Below, piece after piece: positions 48,993-59,537 of a stretch of 64,000 nt of DNA. Position 1 is the stretch's first letter. The number at the start of each line of letters is the position of its first letter. The position numbers were made by a program, and so were the translations under genes. The notes beneath the pieces are model-generated. The model had not been told where the DNA came from, searched no databases, and was given only the letters and a program-made list of their open reading frames with translations. The stretch is from Candidatus Altimarinota bacterium (GTDB lineage: Bacteria; Patescibacteriota; Gracilibacteria; CAIRYL01; GCA-016699755), in assembly GCA_963664295.1 (NCBI GenBank), contig OY760935.1, forward strand, positions 352,001 through 416,000, read 5' to 3'.

Positions 48993-50018
48993 ATGAAATA
49001 TGATTGGAAAGTAATTGGGCATGAAAAAATACTCGCAAAAATAGAACGCGATCTTGAACTTGGCAATATTGCCTCTGCTACTTTATTGGTAGGTCCGGAG
49101 GAAATAGGTAAATACAGAGTGGCAAAAACTTTTGCCAAAATATTAAATTCAGGAGGTAGTTTTTCTCATGATTCAGAAATATCTCAACAAATAGAAAAAA
49201 ATATTCACCCAGATGTGACAACAATAAGCGCCCTCTGGCAAAAAGATAAGCTCGAAGATTTTGAAATAATCTCCAAAAGCTCCAATTTTGATCAGTCAGA
49301 GCGCAAAAAAAAGAAAATGATATCTGACACTATCTCAATTGATGATGTTATTTCTTTTTCCAGCAAACTTTATGAAAAAACCTCAAGTAAATATAAAATC
49401 TGTTTAATTAAAAATGTTCACAGAATGAACCATAATTCTGCTAATGCTTTTTTGAAAATCCTTGAAGAACCACCAGAAAAAACAATATTTATAATGACTG
49501 CCTCTCATGAAGATTTATTACCAAAAACAGTCACCTCCAGAACAAGAGTTTTTCAAATGAACCTAGTATCACAGGCAACAATAAGAAAATATTTAAATAC
49601 AGTGGAAAGAATAATGGAAGATGATGAAAAAGAAGAATTAATCACACTTTCTCAGGGTAGGCCAGCAAGATTAAATAAATTTCTCAATGACTCTGATTTT
49701 TTAATTGAAGAAAAAAATTTCTATCATCAAATTGCTGAATTACTCTCCAAAGATGAAATTGGACAAAGAATGAAGTTTGCTGAAGAAATGGCGCAAAACG
49801 ACCCTCAAAAAATTATTGAATTTTTTAATAGATTTACCCATTTTCTAAGAAGTGTTTTAATAGAAAAAATAAACAATAAAGATATGTATCTTTGCAAAAA
49901 ACTTAGTTTTGAAGAATTAAAAAGCTTAATAACAAAAACAATGCTTGCTCAAAAAAGAATTCTTGCTAATGTAAACAAAAGATTAACCCTTGAAGAACTA
50001 TTTATCTCTTTTCCTTAA
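48993..50018 (+). CDS. holB: DNA polymerase III delta' subunit
   Basis: IGH, L.GP..IGK, HPD, M…SANAFLK.LEEPP, LP.TV.SR; upstream of ricT as in Firmicutes. Confidence 0.85.
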   Translation: MKYDWKVIGHEKILAKIERDLELGNIASATLLVGPEEIGKYRVAKTFAKILNSGGSFSHDSEISQQIEKNIHPDVTTISALWQKDKLEDFEIISKSSNFDQSERKKKKMISDTISIDDVISFSSKLYEKTSSKYKICLIKNVHRMNHNSANAFLKILEEPPEKTIFIMTASHEDLLPKTVTSRTRVFQMNLVSQATIRKYLNTVERIMEDDEKEELITLSQGRPARLNKFLNDSDFLIEEKNFYHQIAELLSKDEIGQRMKFAEEMAQNDPQKIIEFFNRFTHFLRSVLIEKINNKDMYLCKKLSFEELKSLITKTMLAQKRILANVNKRLTLEELFISFP

Positions 50019-50024
50019 TAAAAA

Positions 50025-50846
50025 ATGAAAAAAATTATTAGATTATTTGTATTTTTACAACAAAAAGTCATTGAAATACCCTATTCAGTAAAAGATCATC
50101 AGGATTTTGAGCTAAATCAATTTGTTTTAATAAAAATCCCTGATATTGGTGAAGAATTAGCAATAATTAAAGGTATTGATATTGCACCAGCACTAGATGA
50201 AGTTAATAAAGACATAACAATATCAAAAATAGCTACAGACGAAGACATAAAACTACAAAAACAAAGAGAAGAAGAGGCTGTGCGTGATTTTATGATTTTT
50301 AAAGACAAAATCAAAAAACACGAAAAGGAAATGTATCCTGTTTCTGCAGGAGTATCACAAAAAGGTGATCTTTTTTATGGTACTTTTACAGCTCCAGAAA
50401 GAATTGATTTCAGAGATTTAGTAAAAGACCTAAGTACACAAATAGGAAAAAGAATTTATTTTGAACAAATAGGTGTACGAGATAGAGCAAAAATTGTTGG
50501 TGACTTAGGAAAATGTGGTGAATTACCTTGTTGTAAAAGATTTTTAACTAGCATTCCTCCTGTCAGCATGGAGGCTGTGCGCGTGCAAAATCTCAGCTCG
50601 CAACAATTAGAAAATATAACTGGGGTTTGTTGCAAGTTAAAATGTTGTCTTAATTATGAAGTTGATAATTATCGTGAAAACAAAAAATTACTACCAAAAA
50701 TGAAAAAAAAGGTTCTTATTAAAGAAAGAGAAGGAAAAGTTTGCGGTCTCGATATATTAAATAAAAAAGTAAAAGTACAATTTGATGACACAGGAGAAAT
50801 AATTATTGTATCTGCAGAAGAAATATCGTATCCTAAAAACAAATGA
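50025..50846 (+). CDS. ricT: PSP1-domain / RicT (YaaT) Fe-S regulatory protein
   Basis: FTA..RIDFR.LV.DL…RI…QIG.RD.A…G..G.CG…CC…Q.L…G.C.KLKCCL.YE. Confidence 0.85.
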   Translation: MKKIIRLFVFLQQKVIEIPYSVKDHQDFELNQFVLIKIPDIGEELAIIKGIDIAPALDEVNKDITISKIATDEDIKLQKQREEEAVRDFMIFKDKIKKHEKEMYPVSAGVSQKGDLFYGTFTAPERIDFRDLVKDLSTQIGKRIYFEQIGVRDRAKIVGDLGKCGELPCCKRFLTSIPPVSMEAVRVQNLSSQQLENITGVCCKLKCCLNYEVDNYRENKKLLPKMKKKVLIKEREGKVCGLDILNKKVKVQFDDTGEIIIVSAEEISYPKNK

Positions 50847-51679
50847 GTCCACTTACATTAAATATTTTTTTTACGGCATTTTTTAGCTCAATAGCTGGTA
50901 TTGCCATTATTTTTATTCGGCATCACACAAGCTCTTTTCTTAAAACCACAAAAAAAAGAAAAGAGTTATTAAAAGAGCGAAAAAGAGAGTTAATAGAAAA
51001 CAAAGAAAGAGAAACAGCAATCAAAAAAGAGCTTGAACGAAGACAAAATATGGAAAACGAAACAGAAGAAATGCCAAAAAAAGAAGAATTAACAGAAAAA
51101 AAGAGAAATTCTGACACAGAAGTTAATTCATTATTTAAAAAAGCTGATTTATTACTCGGTCGTGGCATGGACAAAGACGCAGAAAGAATACTAATTCAAA
51201 TACTTGCAATAAATGAAGATCATACAAAAGCAAACATTGCCTTGGGTATGCTGTTTTTGCGTCGCGGAGAACACAAAAAAGCAGAATCTATGCAAAAAAA
51301 ACTTACAGAATTGCGCCCAAGAGACCCTGCAGTATATACCAACCTTGGTCTTTGTCATTTTAATCAAAAAAAATTTAGCGAAGCTTTGGAAGCTTTTCAA
51401 AAAGCAGTTGAATTGGACTCAAGCAGAGGGGCTCGTTATGTAAACTTGGGCAAAGTTTATTTTGCCATTGAAGAATATGAAGATGCGGAAAAATCCTTTC
51501 AAAAAGCTATAAAACTTGAGCCAAGAAATATAGAATTTTTATTCCTACTTGCAGACACATTAAAAGAAAATAAAAAACTATCCGAAGCAAAAGCTGTTTT
51601 TGAGCGTATAGTTCAGATACAACCTTTTAATGAAGAGGCAAAAGAAGAAATAAAAAGTTTAAATATTTTAGGATTTTAA
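50843..51679 (+). CDS. Membrane-anchored tetratricopeptide repeat protein
   Basis: N-terminal TM, coiled coil, and TPR units such as YTNLG..HF.Q..F.EA..AF.KA.EL. Confidence 0.85.
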   Translation: MSPLTLNIFFTAFFSSIAGIAIIFIRHHTSSFLKTTKKRKELLKERKRELIENKERETAIKKELERRQNMENETEEMPKKEELTEKKRNSDTEVNSLFKKADLLLGRGMDKDAERILIQILAINEDHTKANIALGMLFLRRGEHKKAESMQKKLTELRPRDPAVYTNLGLCHFNQKKFSEALEAFQKAVELDSSRGARYVNLGKVYFAIEEYEDAEKSFQKAIKLEPRNIEFLFLLADTLKENKKLSEAKAVFERIVQIQPFNEEAKEEIKSLNILGF

Positions 51680-51737
51680 AAACAATAAGCTTGTAGTAAA
51701 ATTTACAGGCTTATAATTTTAATTAACTGAAATAATT

Positions 51738-52970
51738 ATGAAAAAAACAATATTTGCTTTGTTGAGTATATTTTTCTTGAGCTCTTCCGTGGCTCAAGCT
51801 CAAGAAATACATTCTCCTGATTCTTGTGAAACAAAAAGGGTCGAGGTTTTTGTGCGTGATGGCTGTGGACACTGCGCAAATGAAAAAGAATATTTAAAAG
51901 ATTTTGAAGGAATTGAAGCTAGATTAGTAGATATTAACACCGCTGATGGCAGAGCGCTTTTTAATCAGGTGACAAATAAGTATGAAATAGACAAAGTCAC
52001 ACCAATTACTCTTGTGGGCAATGAGATTATTGTTGGTTTTTATGGTCCAACAAAATCAGCAATAGAAAATAACCTTCAAAACCATAAAAAATTCTATACT
52101 TTTGAAAAAACTCTTGAAGATGATGTCTGTATAGATGTTTATCCAAATAAAACTTGCCCCACAGAAAAAGTAAATGAGCCTGAAGCTTGCGAAACTGACT
52201 CAGCAATAACAAGAGCGCTAAAAAATGTGGATATTCCTTTTATAGGAACTGTGGATTTATCCAATTATGCACTACCAACAATTTCTATTGTTCTTGGTTT
52301 TATTGATGGCTTTAATCCTTGTGCAATGTGGGTTTTGGTGGCTTTTTTGGTAGCCTTAATCCAAATTGGAGATAGATTTAAAATGTTTCTTACTGCTGGT
52401 TTGTTTATTTTTGCAGAAGCAGTGATGTATTCTCTTATTCTTGGTGCTTGGTCAGCTCTTTTCAATTTTGTAAGTCTTGATAAAATAGTGACCCCAATTA
52501 TTGGAACTGTTGCTATTGGTGCGGCTATCTTCTTCCTTTATGAGGGAATTTTTTCTGATGGCACATGTAAGGTGACCAATCCTAAGCAAAGAAAAAAAAT
52601 TAGCCAAAGAATTAAGGACTTATCAGAAAAACCAATTACTATTGGATTTTTTATCGGTATTTTAGGGTTGGCTTTTTCTGTAAATATTATTGAATTTGCC
52701 TGCTCTGTTGGCATACCACAAACCTTTACTGATGTTCTTCATCTTTCAGGTATTTCATTGCTTTCTCGTATTTGGTATATGAGTCTTTATATTATCTTTT
52801 ACATGATTGATGACTTGATTGTCTTTGGTATTGCTATTTATTCTATTGAAAAAATTGGTATTACCCATAAATATGCACGAGCTTCTAACGTATTAGGTGG
52901 TATTATTATGCTTTTACTAGGTTCAATTCTTCTGTTCAAACCAGAACTTTTTGTTAATATTGGTGGTTAA
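51738..52970 (+). CDS. Exported thioredoxin/glutaredoxin-like domain (CGHC) fused to a DsbD/CcdA-like membrane domain
   Basis: Signal peptide, CGHC, DGFNPCAMWVL, EFACS.G, multiple TMs. Confidence 0.8.
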   Translation: MKKTIFALLSIFFLSSSVAQAQEIHSPDSCETKRVEVFVRDGCGHCANEKEYLKDFEGIEARLVDINTADGRALFNQVTNKYEIDKVTPITLVGNEIIVGFYGPTKSAIENNLQNHKKFYTFEKTLEDDVCIDVYPNKTCPTEKVNEPEACETDSAITRALKNVDIPFIGTVDLSNYALPTISIVLGFIDGFNPCAMWVLVAFLVALIQIGDRFKMFLTAGLFIFAEAVMYSLILGAWSALFNFVSLDKIVTPIIGTVAIGAAIFFLYEGIFSDGTCKVTNPKQRKKISQRIKDLSEKPITIGFFIGILGLAFSVNIIEFACSVGIPQTFTDVLHLSGISLLSRIWYMSLYIIFYMIDDLIVFGIAIYSIEKIGITHKYARASNVLGGIIMLLLGSILLFKPELFVNIGG

Positions 52971-52974
52971 AACA

Positions 52975-53736
52975 ATGAAAATATTTTTTTTAGGAGACAT
53001 TTTTGGCAGTACAGGCAGAAAAGCAGTAAAAAAATATTTACCGCAAATAATTAAAGATGAAAAACCTGATTTAATTATAGCTAATGCAGAAAATCTCACC
53101 CATGGTGATGGAGCAAGCGAAAAACACTTAACAGAAATGGAAAAAGCGGGAATAGACGCTTTTACAGGTGGTAATCATATTTTTAAAATTGAAGAAATAT
53201 TTAATTCTAAAAGAAAAAATCTAGCAAGACCTGCAAATTTTCCAGAAGGAACTCCAGGAGTAGGATATGTAATAGTAAATAATGTTTTAATTATTAATTT
53301 AATGGGTAGAGTTTTTACTGGTGGAGAATTACTTGATTGCCCTTTTCGAAAAGCAGAAGAAATCATAGAAAAACATAAAAAAGTAGATGCTGTGATAGTT
53401 GATTTTCACGCAGAAACAACCAGCGAAAAAAAAGCTCTAAAGTATTTTCTTGATGGCAAAGCAACTGCAATTTTTGGCACTCATACTCATGTTGCAACTT
53501 GTGATTACACAATAAGCGAAAATGGCACTTTTTTTGTTTCTGATGTGGGCATGACTGGCCCTGTTGAAGACTCTATTATTGGTGTTAAAAAAGATATTAT
53601 TCTTAAAAAATTTCTAACCAACCTCTCGGTTAGGCATGCGCCTGCCAAAGGTAAAACTATTTTTCAGGGTTTTTTGCTCGACATTTCCAACAAAAAAGTG
53701 CAAAATTTCCGTCGTATTAAATTATTTTCAGAATGA
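52975..53736 (+). CDS. ymdB: YmdB family (TIGR00282-like) metallophosphoesterase
   Basis: GDI.G..GR, NAEN…G.G, GNH, RPAN.P…PG.G, DFHAETTSEK, GTHTHV, DVGMTGP. Confidence 0.9.
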   Translation: MKIFFLGDIFGSTGRKAVKKYLPQIIKDEKPDLIIANAENLTHGDGASEKHLTEMEKAGIDAFTGGNHIFKIEEIFNSKRKNLARPANFPEGTPGVGYVIVNNVLIINLMGRVFTGGELLDCPFRKAEEIIEKHKKVDAVIVDFHAETTSEKKALKYFLDGKATAIFGTHTHVATCDYTISENGTFFVSDVGMTGPVEDSIIGVKKDIILKKFLTNLSVRHAPAKGKTIFQGFLLDISNKKVQNFRRIKLFSE

Positions 53737-55010
53737 AAGCAACTAGCAAAACTCTTGGTTTTTTACTTATCCCTTTATTTTCATTTTTTTTAGGTTGGCA
53801 ATTCGCCTCTGATTATCAAATTCAAAACCAAGAAAAAGAAGAGCCTGTAATCAATTTAGATGATATTGATCCAGAAAAAATTCAAGATTCAATGTATTTA
53901 TTTAAATATTTATTAAAAAAAGACGTTGATCTTTTTCTTGCTGAAGAGATTTTGGGCATTATTGAAGAAAAATATGTAAATCCAGAAGATATAGATCCAC
54001 AAGAAATAACTTATGGGCTTGCAAAGGGCATTGTTTACTCTCTTGATGATCCTTTTTCTTCTTATCTTACACCTGATGAAAGTGAAAATTTTCAAGATGA
54101 TTTAGATGGTAGCCTAGAAGGCATTGGAGCAGAATTAAACATGCGCGATGGACAAATTATTGTTATTTCTCCTTTGCGTGACTCCCCTGCTAAAAAAGCA
54201 GGATTACTTCCTCAGGATATTATTTTAAAAGTTGATGATGAAGATATAAGTGGACAAAGTCTTTATCAAGTTGTTAAAAAAATCCAAGGCACACCAGGTA
54301 CGATAGTAAAATTATCAATCAAAAGAAAAAATGAGGACGAATTGATTGACCTTGAAATAATAAGAGCAAGAATACACCTTGAAAGTGTTGAATTAGAAAT
54401 GAAAGACAAAATTGCAATCATAGAAGTAAATCAATTTGGCACAAACACAAGCGAAGAATTTGAAAAATATCTTTCACAAGCAATTCTAGATGGCGCAGAA
54501 GGTATTGTTTTAGATTTAAGATTTAATTCTGGTGGCTATTTAATCACAGCTAAAGATATTGTTTCTGCCTTTGTTGCTGATGGCAAAGTTGCTGTCACAA
54601 AAAGCAAACCTGAGGTACAAAAAATTATCTCTGAAAACAATCAAGCTCCAAATTTATATGTTACTGGAAATAAAAAAACAGATTTGCCTTTGGTTGTTTT
54701 ACAAAATGGCGGTAGTGCCAGTGCTTCTGAAATTGTTGCTGGTGCATTAAAAGATCATCAAAGAGCTACAATAATTGGTGAAACTAGCTTTGGAAAAGGC
54801 ACAGTCCAAGAAGTTATACCTTTAAAACATGGGGGTAATTTAAAACTTACTATTGCTAAGTGGTTCACCCCAAATGGCACAGATATCAACGAAGTTGGCA
54901 TTGAGCCTGACATTGAAGTCGAAAACACTATTGAAGATTTTGAAAACAATCTTGATCCACAAATGGACAAAGCAATAGAGGTATTAAAAGAAAAAATTGA
55001 AAATTCATAA
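53733..55010 (+). CDS. ctpA: S41 C-terminal processing peptidase with PDZ domain
   Basis: DP.S.Y, GIGA, SPA.KAGL…D, LDLR.N.GG, SASASEIVAGAL, SFGKG.VQ, PD. Confidence 0.9.
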   Translation: MKATSKTLGFLLIPLFSFFLGWQFASDYQIQNQEKEEPVINLDDIDPEKIQDSMYLFKYLLKKDVDLFLAEEILGIIEEKYVNPEDIDPQEITYGLAKGIVYSLDDPFSSYLTPDESENFQDDLDGSLEGIGAELNMRDGQIIVISPLRDSPAKKAGLLPQDIILKVDDEDISGQSLYQVVKKIQGTPGTIVKLSIKRKNEDELIDLEIIRARIHLESVELEMKDKIAIIEVNQFGTNTSEEFEKYLSQAILDGAEGIVLDLRFNSGGYLITAKDIVSAFVADGKVAVTKSKPEVQKIISENNQAPNLYVTGNKKTDLPLVVLQNGGSASASEIVAGALKDHQRATIIGETSFGKGTVQEVIPLKHGGNLKLTIAKWFTPNGTDINEVGIEPDIEVENTIEDFENNLDPQMDKAIEVLKEKIENS

Positions 55011-55086
55011 TTTACCAAAAATAAGTTTTGTGCGATTATAAAAGCATGAAAATAGAAATTATTGAATTTTTAATTAACTTTAAGAT

Positions 55087-56184
55087 ATGAAGATAGGGAT
55101 TGATGCTCGCATGTGCGGAAAAGAATTCACCGGTATAGGCAGAATGGCTTATGAGCTAATTAGCAGGCTACCTTTTTTAATGCCACAAGTTGAATTTGTT
55201 ATTTTTTTAAATAGCAAAAATTATAAAAACTACAAAACAAGAAAAAATGTAAAAAAAGTGCTTGCTGATGAACCAATCTATTCTTTTAAAGAGCAAAGTT
55301 CTTTTTTAAACAAAATAAATCAAGAAAAGTGCGACTTAATGTACTTTTTACACTTCAATATACCACTTTTATACCGCAGGCCTTTTGCTGTGGTTATCCA
55401 TGACATTACTCTAATTGATTTTCCAGGCAAAAAAATGAACCACTGGTGGCATAGAATGGCTTTTTATTTAATTTTTAGAAAAGCAATTAAAAAATCAAAA
55501 GGCATAGCCACAGTCTCAAAATATACAAAAAATCAAATAATTAAGCGCTTTAAAGCTAAAAAAGAAAAAATAAAAGTAATTTACAATGGAATTGATGAAA
55601 AATTTTCTAAACAAAAAAAATCTAGTGTCAAAAAATTTGGCATAAAAAAACCATATTTTTTATATACAGGAGTATGGAGAGAACACAAAAACATACTTGG
55701 ACTTATTCATGCTTTTTCAAAAACAATAAAAAATGGTCTAGATGCAGAACTTGTGCTTACTGGAGGACGAAACGAAATTTATGCACAAGAAGTAAAAAAC
55801 TTAATCAAAAAGAAAAAATTAACAAAAAAAGTAATCTTACCTGGCTTAGTACCGGAAGAAGATTTACTTATTTTATTTAAAAATGCTCATGCTTTTGTTT
55901 TTCCTAGTTTTTCTGAAGGATTTGGTTTACCTCCATTAGAAGCTATGGCATCTGGTGTGCCTGTGACTTGTTCCAGCACCACTTCCCTGCCAGAGGTTTG
56001 TGGAAAATCTGTTTTATTTTTCAATCCCTACCAATCAGAAAATATGGCAAAAAAAATGATCCAAATATTTACAGACGAAAAACTGAGAACAAAATTGATC
56101 GAAAAAGGCTATAAACAAGCCAAAAAATTCACTTGGGAAAATTGTGCTCAAGTAAATAGTGAATTTTTACAAAATTTACTTTAA
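55087..56184 (+). CDS. Glycosyltransferase family 4 (GT-B)
   Basis: MKIGIDAR…GIGR, IHD, TVS, KN, FVFPS..EGFGLP.LEAMA.G.PV, F.W. Confidence 0.92.
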   Translation: MKIGIDARMCGKEFTGIGRMAYELISRLPFLMPQVEFVIFLNSKNYKNYKTRKNVKKVLADEPIYSFKEQSSFLNKINQEKCDLMYFLHFNIPLLYRRPFAVVIHDITLIDFPGKKMNHWWHRMAFYLIFRKAIKKSKGIATVSKYTKNQIIKRFKAKKEKIKVIYNGIDEKFSKQKKSSVKKFGIKKPYFLYTGVWREHKNILGLIHAFSKTIKNGLDAELVLTGGRNEIYAQEVKNLIKKKKLTKKVILPGLVPEEDLLILFKNAHAFVFPSFSEGFGLPPLEAMASGVPVTCSSTTSLPEVCGKSVLFFNPYQSENMAKKMIQIFTDEKLRTKLIEKGYKQAKKFTWENCAQVNSEFLQNLL

Positions 56185-56209
56185 ACTTAATTAAGTTTTT
56201 TTATAAATC

Positions 56210-57427
56210 ATGCAGGAATTTCTTTTAGGATTACTCATTTTAGTATTTATTGGTGGATTTTATTTCATAATCCGCAAGTTAGAAGAGCAAAAAAAACCTG
56301 AAGACGAAAATGTGGGTTTATTAAAGGCAGAAAATAATAACTTAAAACAAGATTTAGAAAGAAAAAACGAACAAATTGCAAAATTAGATAATGAATTAAA
56401 AAATACCACCAAAGAAAGAGATGAATTTGCAGGCAAAAACAAAACAATGTTTATAGATATCACTAAAAAAGAAGAAAGAATAAGCGCATTGGCACAAGAA
56501 AGAGACGAGCTAAGATCACAAAAAACCAAACATGAAAGCGAACAAGCTCGCAAAGAAAAAGAGTTTCAAGAAAAAATAGATCAATTAAACATAGCAAGAA
56601 AAAGCCTGGAAGAAGAACGCCAAAGAATAATTAAAGAAGATGAAGAAAAAACAGCCAGAGAATTGGCAGAAAGAGACAGAATGTGGAATGACCACGAAAA
56701 CACAGTAATTAGCAAGTTAGCCGAGCTTTGTAGCCTTCCAGAGCATAATTTTCTTAATTTTAATAACGAAAATTTGCCTGAAGATATAGACAGCAAGCTA
56801 AAACCTGATTTTATGATTGAATTTCTTGATAAATATATTATTTTTGATGCTAAAATTTCCCGTTCGGATAACTTGCAAATTTATATGAATACACAGGTAA
56901 AAAGCACAGTGGAAAAAATCAAAAAAGAAAATAAAATTTATCCAATGGTTTTCTTTGTTGTACCAACTGAGGCAATTGGTACCTTAAAAAAACTCCATTT
57001 TTATGAACAAGGTTATAGTTTTTATGTAGTTTCTCCAGAATCTCTTGCGCCTATTCTTGCTAGTTTGAAAAAAATCACAACTTATGAATTTGCAGAAAAA
57101 ATGGATCCTGAAGAAAGAGAAAATATAGTTAATTTACTAGCAGAGCTAGATTATCATATTAATTTCCGCAATGCTTTTGATATTTTAATGGCTCAAAGTG
57201 GTGTAAAAATCCTTGATAAAAGCGAAAGCTTGCCAGCAGAAATGCAAGAAGAAATTGAAACCAGAAAAAGCAAAATGCGCCTAAAAAACTTCACCCCAAC
57301 AGAATTAAAAAACTTAATTAAAGGCACAAAAAAGCAAGAAGATGAAATCAAAAAAATGACAAAACCTAAAGCAGACATACAAAATCAAGAATTAGACAGT
57401 GCCTCACAACTTTTTCCTGAAAATTAA
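56210..57427 (+). CDS. RmuC-like protein (TM anchor, coiled coil, PD-(D/E)xK nuclease domain)
   Basis: N-terminal TM, long coiled coil, KPDF.I…IIFDAK, FVVPTE. Confidence 0.7.
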   Translation: MQEFLLGLLILVFIGGFYFIIRKLEEQKKPEDENVGLLKAENNNLKQDLERKNEQIAKLDNELKNTTKERDEFAGKNKTMFIDITKKEERISALAQERDELRSQKTKHESEQARKEKEFQEKIDQLNIARKSLEEERQRIIKEDEEKTARELAERDRMWNDHENTVISKLAELCSLPEHNFLNFNNENLPEDIDSKLKPDFMIEFLDKYIIFDAKISRSDNLQIYMNTQVKSTVEKIKKENKIYPMVFFVVPTEAIGTLKKLHFYEQGYSFYVVSPESLAPILASLKKITTYEFAEKMDPEERENIVNLLAELDYHINFRNAFDILMAQSGVKILDKSESLPAEMQEEIETRKSKMRLKNFTPTELKNLIKGTKKQEDEIKKMTKPKADIQNQELDSASQLFPEN

Positions 57428-57474
57428 TCTATTCTTTGCTTTGAATATTTTTTTATATAAGCCATAATAATTTT

Positions 57475-59490
57475 ATGTCTAAAGAATTTAAATTAGTATC
57501 GGAATTTAAGCCAATGGGCGACCAACCCGAAGCAATAGATTACTTATGCAAAGGTTTAGAAAAAAACAAGCCTTTTCAAACCCTAATTGGTGCAACAGGC
57601 ACAGGAAAAACCTTTACAATGGCCAATGTTGTTGCACAAACACAAAGACCAACATTAGTTTTGACACATAATAAAACCCTTGCGGCTCAGCTTTGTGCTG
57701 AGTTTCAAGAATTTTTTCCAGAAAATGCAGTGTCTTATTTTGTGAGTTATTATGATTATTACCAACCAGAGGCTTATATGCCAAAAACTGATACTTATAT
57801 TGAAAAAGAAGCTACAATTAACGAAGAAATTGAAAAATTTCGTCATGCAGCCACACATAACCTTTTAACTCGTCGAGATACTCTTATTGTTGCCACTGTT
57901 TCTTGTATTTATGGCCTAGGAAGTCCACAAGACTACATAGACCTGGCAATAACACTCAAAGCAGGCACAGAAGTCTCTAGGAATAAACTTTTACGCCAAT
58001 TAACAGATATTCAATACACAAGATCAGGTGCTGATTTTAAGCAAGGCATGTTTCATGTGCTTGGTGATACTATAGAAATTTTTCCTCCTTCTTCAGATAG
58101 TGTTTACAGAGTTGAATTTTTTGGTGATGAAATAGAAGCAATATCTGAAGTAGATTCTTTTACTGGCGAGCTTTTTGAAGAACTAGAAGAGGTAAAAATA
58201 TTCCCAGCAAAACACAGTGTCACCACAGAAGCAAAAATCGAAAAAGCAACAGTGGAAATCAAAAAAGACCTAGAAATCCGCTATAAAGAATTATTAAAAA
58301 TGGGCAAAAACCTCGAAGCAGAGCGCCTAAAAACCAAAACTGAATATGATATTGAAATGCTTTTAGAAACAGGGCATGTCGCAGGAATAGAAAACTACAC
58401 CAAATATTTTTCCGGACGAGCTTCTGGCGAAGCTCCACCAACATTATTAGAGTATTTTCCTGATGATTTTTTGCTTTTTGTCGATGAATCACATATAGCA
58501 GTGCCACAAATTGGTGGAATGTTTAATGGAAACTATTCTCGTAAATCCACATTGGTCGAACATGGCTTTCGTTTGCCATCTGCGCATGATAATCGCCCAC
58601 TTAAGTTTGAAGAATTTGAAAAACTAACTCCAAAAAAAATCTTTGTTTCTGCTACTCCTGGTGTTTATGAATTTGAAAAATGCGCCAATATGGACAAAAA
58701 AGAATACTATATCAAAAGAAGAAAAGATGAAAAAACTCCCCTACCTAAAAATTTTGTGGAACAAATAATTCGTCCAACTGGCTTAACCGACCCAAAGGTA
58801 ACAGTACTTCCTAGTGAAAACCAAATTGATGTGGTTATGGAAAAAATTGAAGACAGAGTAAAAAAAGGAGAAAGAGTGTTAATCACAACTTTAACCAAAA
58901 AATCAGCTGAAAAATTATCAGGATTTCTTAAAGAAAATGGCGTAAAAGTCGGCTGGCTTCATTCCGAAGTTGAAACAATGGAAAGAACTGAGATTTTACG
59001 CAGTTTGCGTGAAGGCAAAATTGATGTTTTGGTTGGTATTAACTTGCTTCGTGAAGGTCTTGATTTACCAGAGGTTTCTTTGGTTTGCATTCTTGATGCA
59101 GACAAAGAAGGTTTTTTACGCAGTCGTGATGCACTTATTCAAACAATGGGTCGTGCTTCCCGTAATGTTAATGGTGAGGCAATTTTATTTGCAGATAAAA
59201 AAACTGATTCTATGCGTGATGCAATTTTGGAAACCGAACGCAGACGAGTAATTCAAGAAGCACATAACAAAAAACATGGCATAACTCCAAAAACTATCAT
59301 CAAAAAAATCCATGATATTGCTCCTCGCAAAAAAGCAGATGAAGACACACTAAAGAAAGTTAAAAAGAATGAAATTCCTCGCCTGATCAAAGAATTAGAA
59401 AATCAAATGGATTTGGCTGTAAAAAATCTTGATTTTGAAAAAGCAGCAGAACTTAGAGATGAAATTGAGTTTTTGAAGTACGAAAAATAA
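57475..59490 (+). CDS. uvrB: Excinuclease ABC subunit B
   Basis: GDQP.AI, GATGTGKTFT, HNKTLAAQL, YFVSYYDYYQPEAY, DESH, GINLLREGLDLPEV, C-terminal UVR domain. Confidence 0.98.
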   Translation: MSKEFKLVSEFKPMGDQPEAIDYLCKGLEKNKPFQTLIGATGTGKTFTMANVVAQTQRPTLVLTHNKTLAAQLCAEFQEFFPENAVSYFVSYYDYYQPEAYMPKTDTYIEKEATINEEIEKFRHAATHNLLTRRDTLIVATVSCIYGLGSPQDYIDLAITLKAGTEVSRNKLLRQLTDIQYTRSGADFKQGMFHVLGDTIEIFPPSSDSVYRVEFFGDEIEAISEVDSFTGELFEELEEVKIFPAKHSVTTEAKIEKATVEIKKDLEIRYKELLKMGKNLEAERLKTKTEYDIEMLLETGHVAGIENYTKYFSGRASGEAPPTLLEYFPDDFLLFVDESHIAVPQIGGMFNGNYSRKSTLVEHGFRLPSAHDNRPLKFEEFEKLTPKKIFVSATPGVYEFEKCANMDKKEYYIKRRKDEKTPLPKNFVEQIIRPTGLTDPKVTVLPSENQIDVVMEKIEDRVKKGERVLITTLTKKSAEKLSGFLKENGVKVGWLHSEVETMERTEILRSLREGKIDVLVGINLLREGLDLPEVSLVCILDADKEGFLRSRDALIQTMGRASRNVNGEAILFADKKTDSMRDAILETERRRVIQEAHNKKHGITPKTIIKKIHDIAPRKKADEDTLKKVKKNEIPRLIKELENQMDLAVKNLDFEKAAELRDEIEFLKYEK

Positions 59491-59537
59491 ATTTTTAGTA
59501 ATTTTCTTAAACATTTGCTTAAAATCTGCCTTACCTT

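Noticed and set aside
38819-53736. Genetic code 25 (UGA=Gly), as in Gracilibacteria/Absconditabacteria
   Set aside because: Conserved genes are full length under code 11, and TGA serves as stop in ATGA overlaps at 38819-38822, 50843-50846 and 53733-53736
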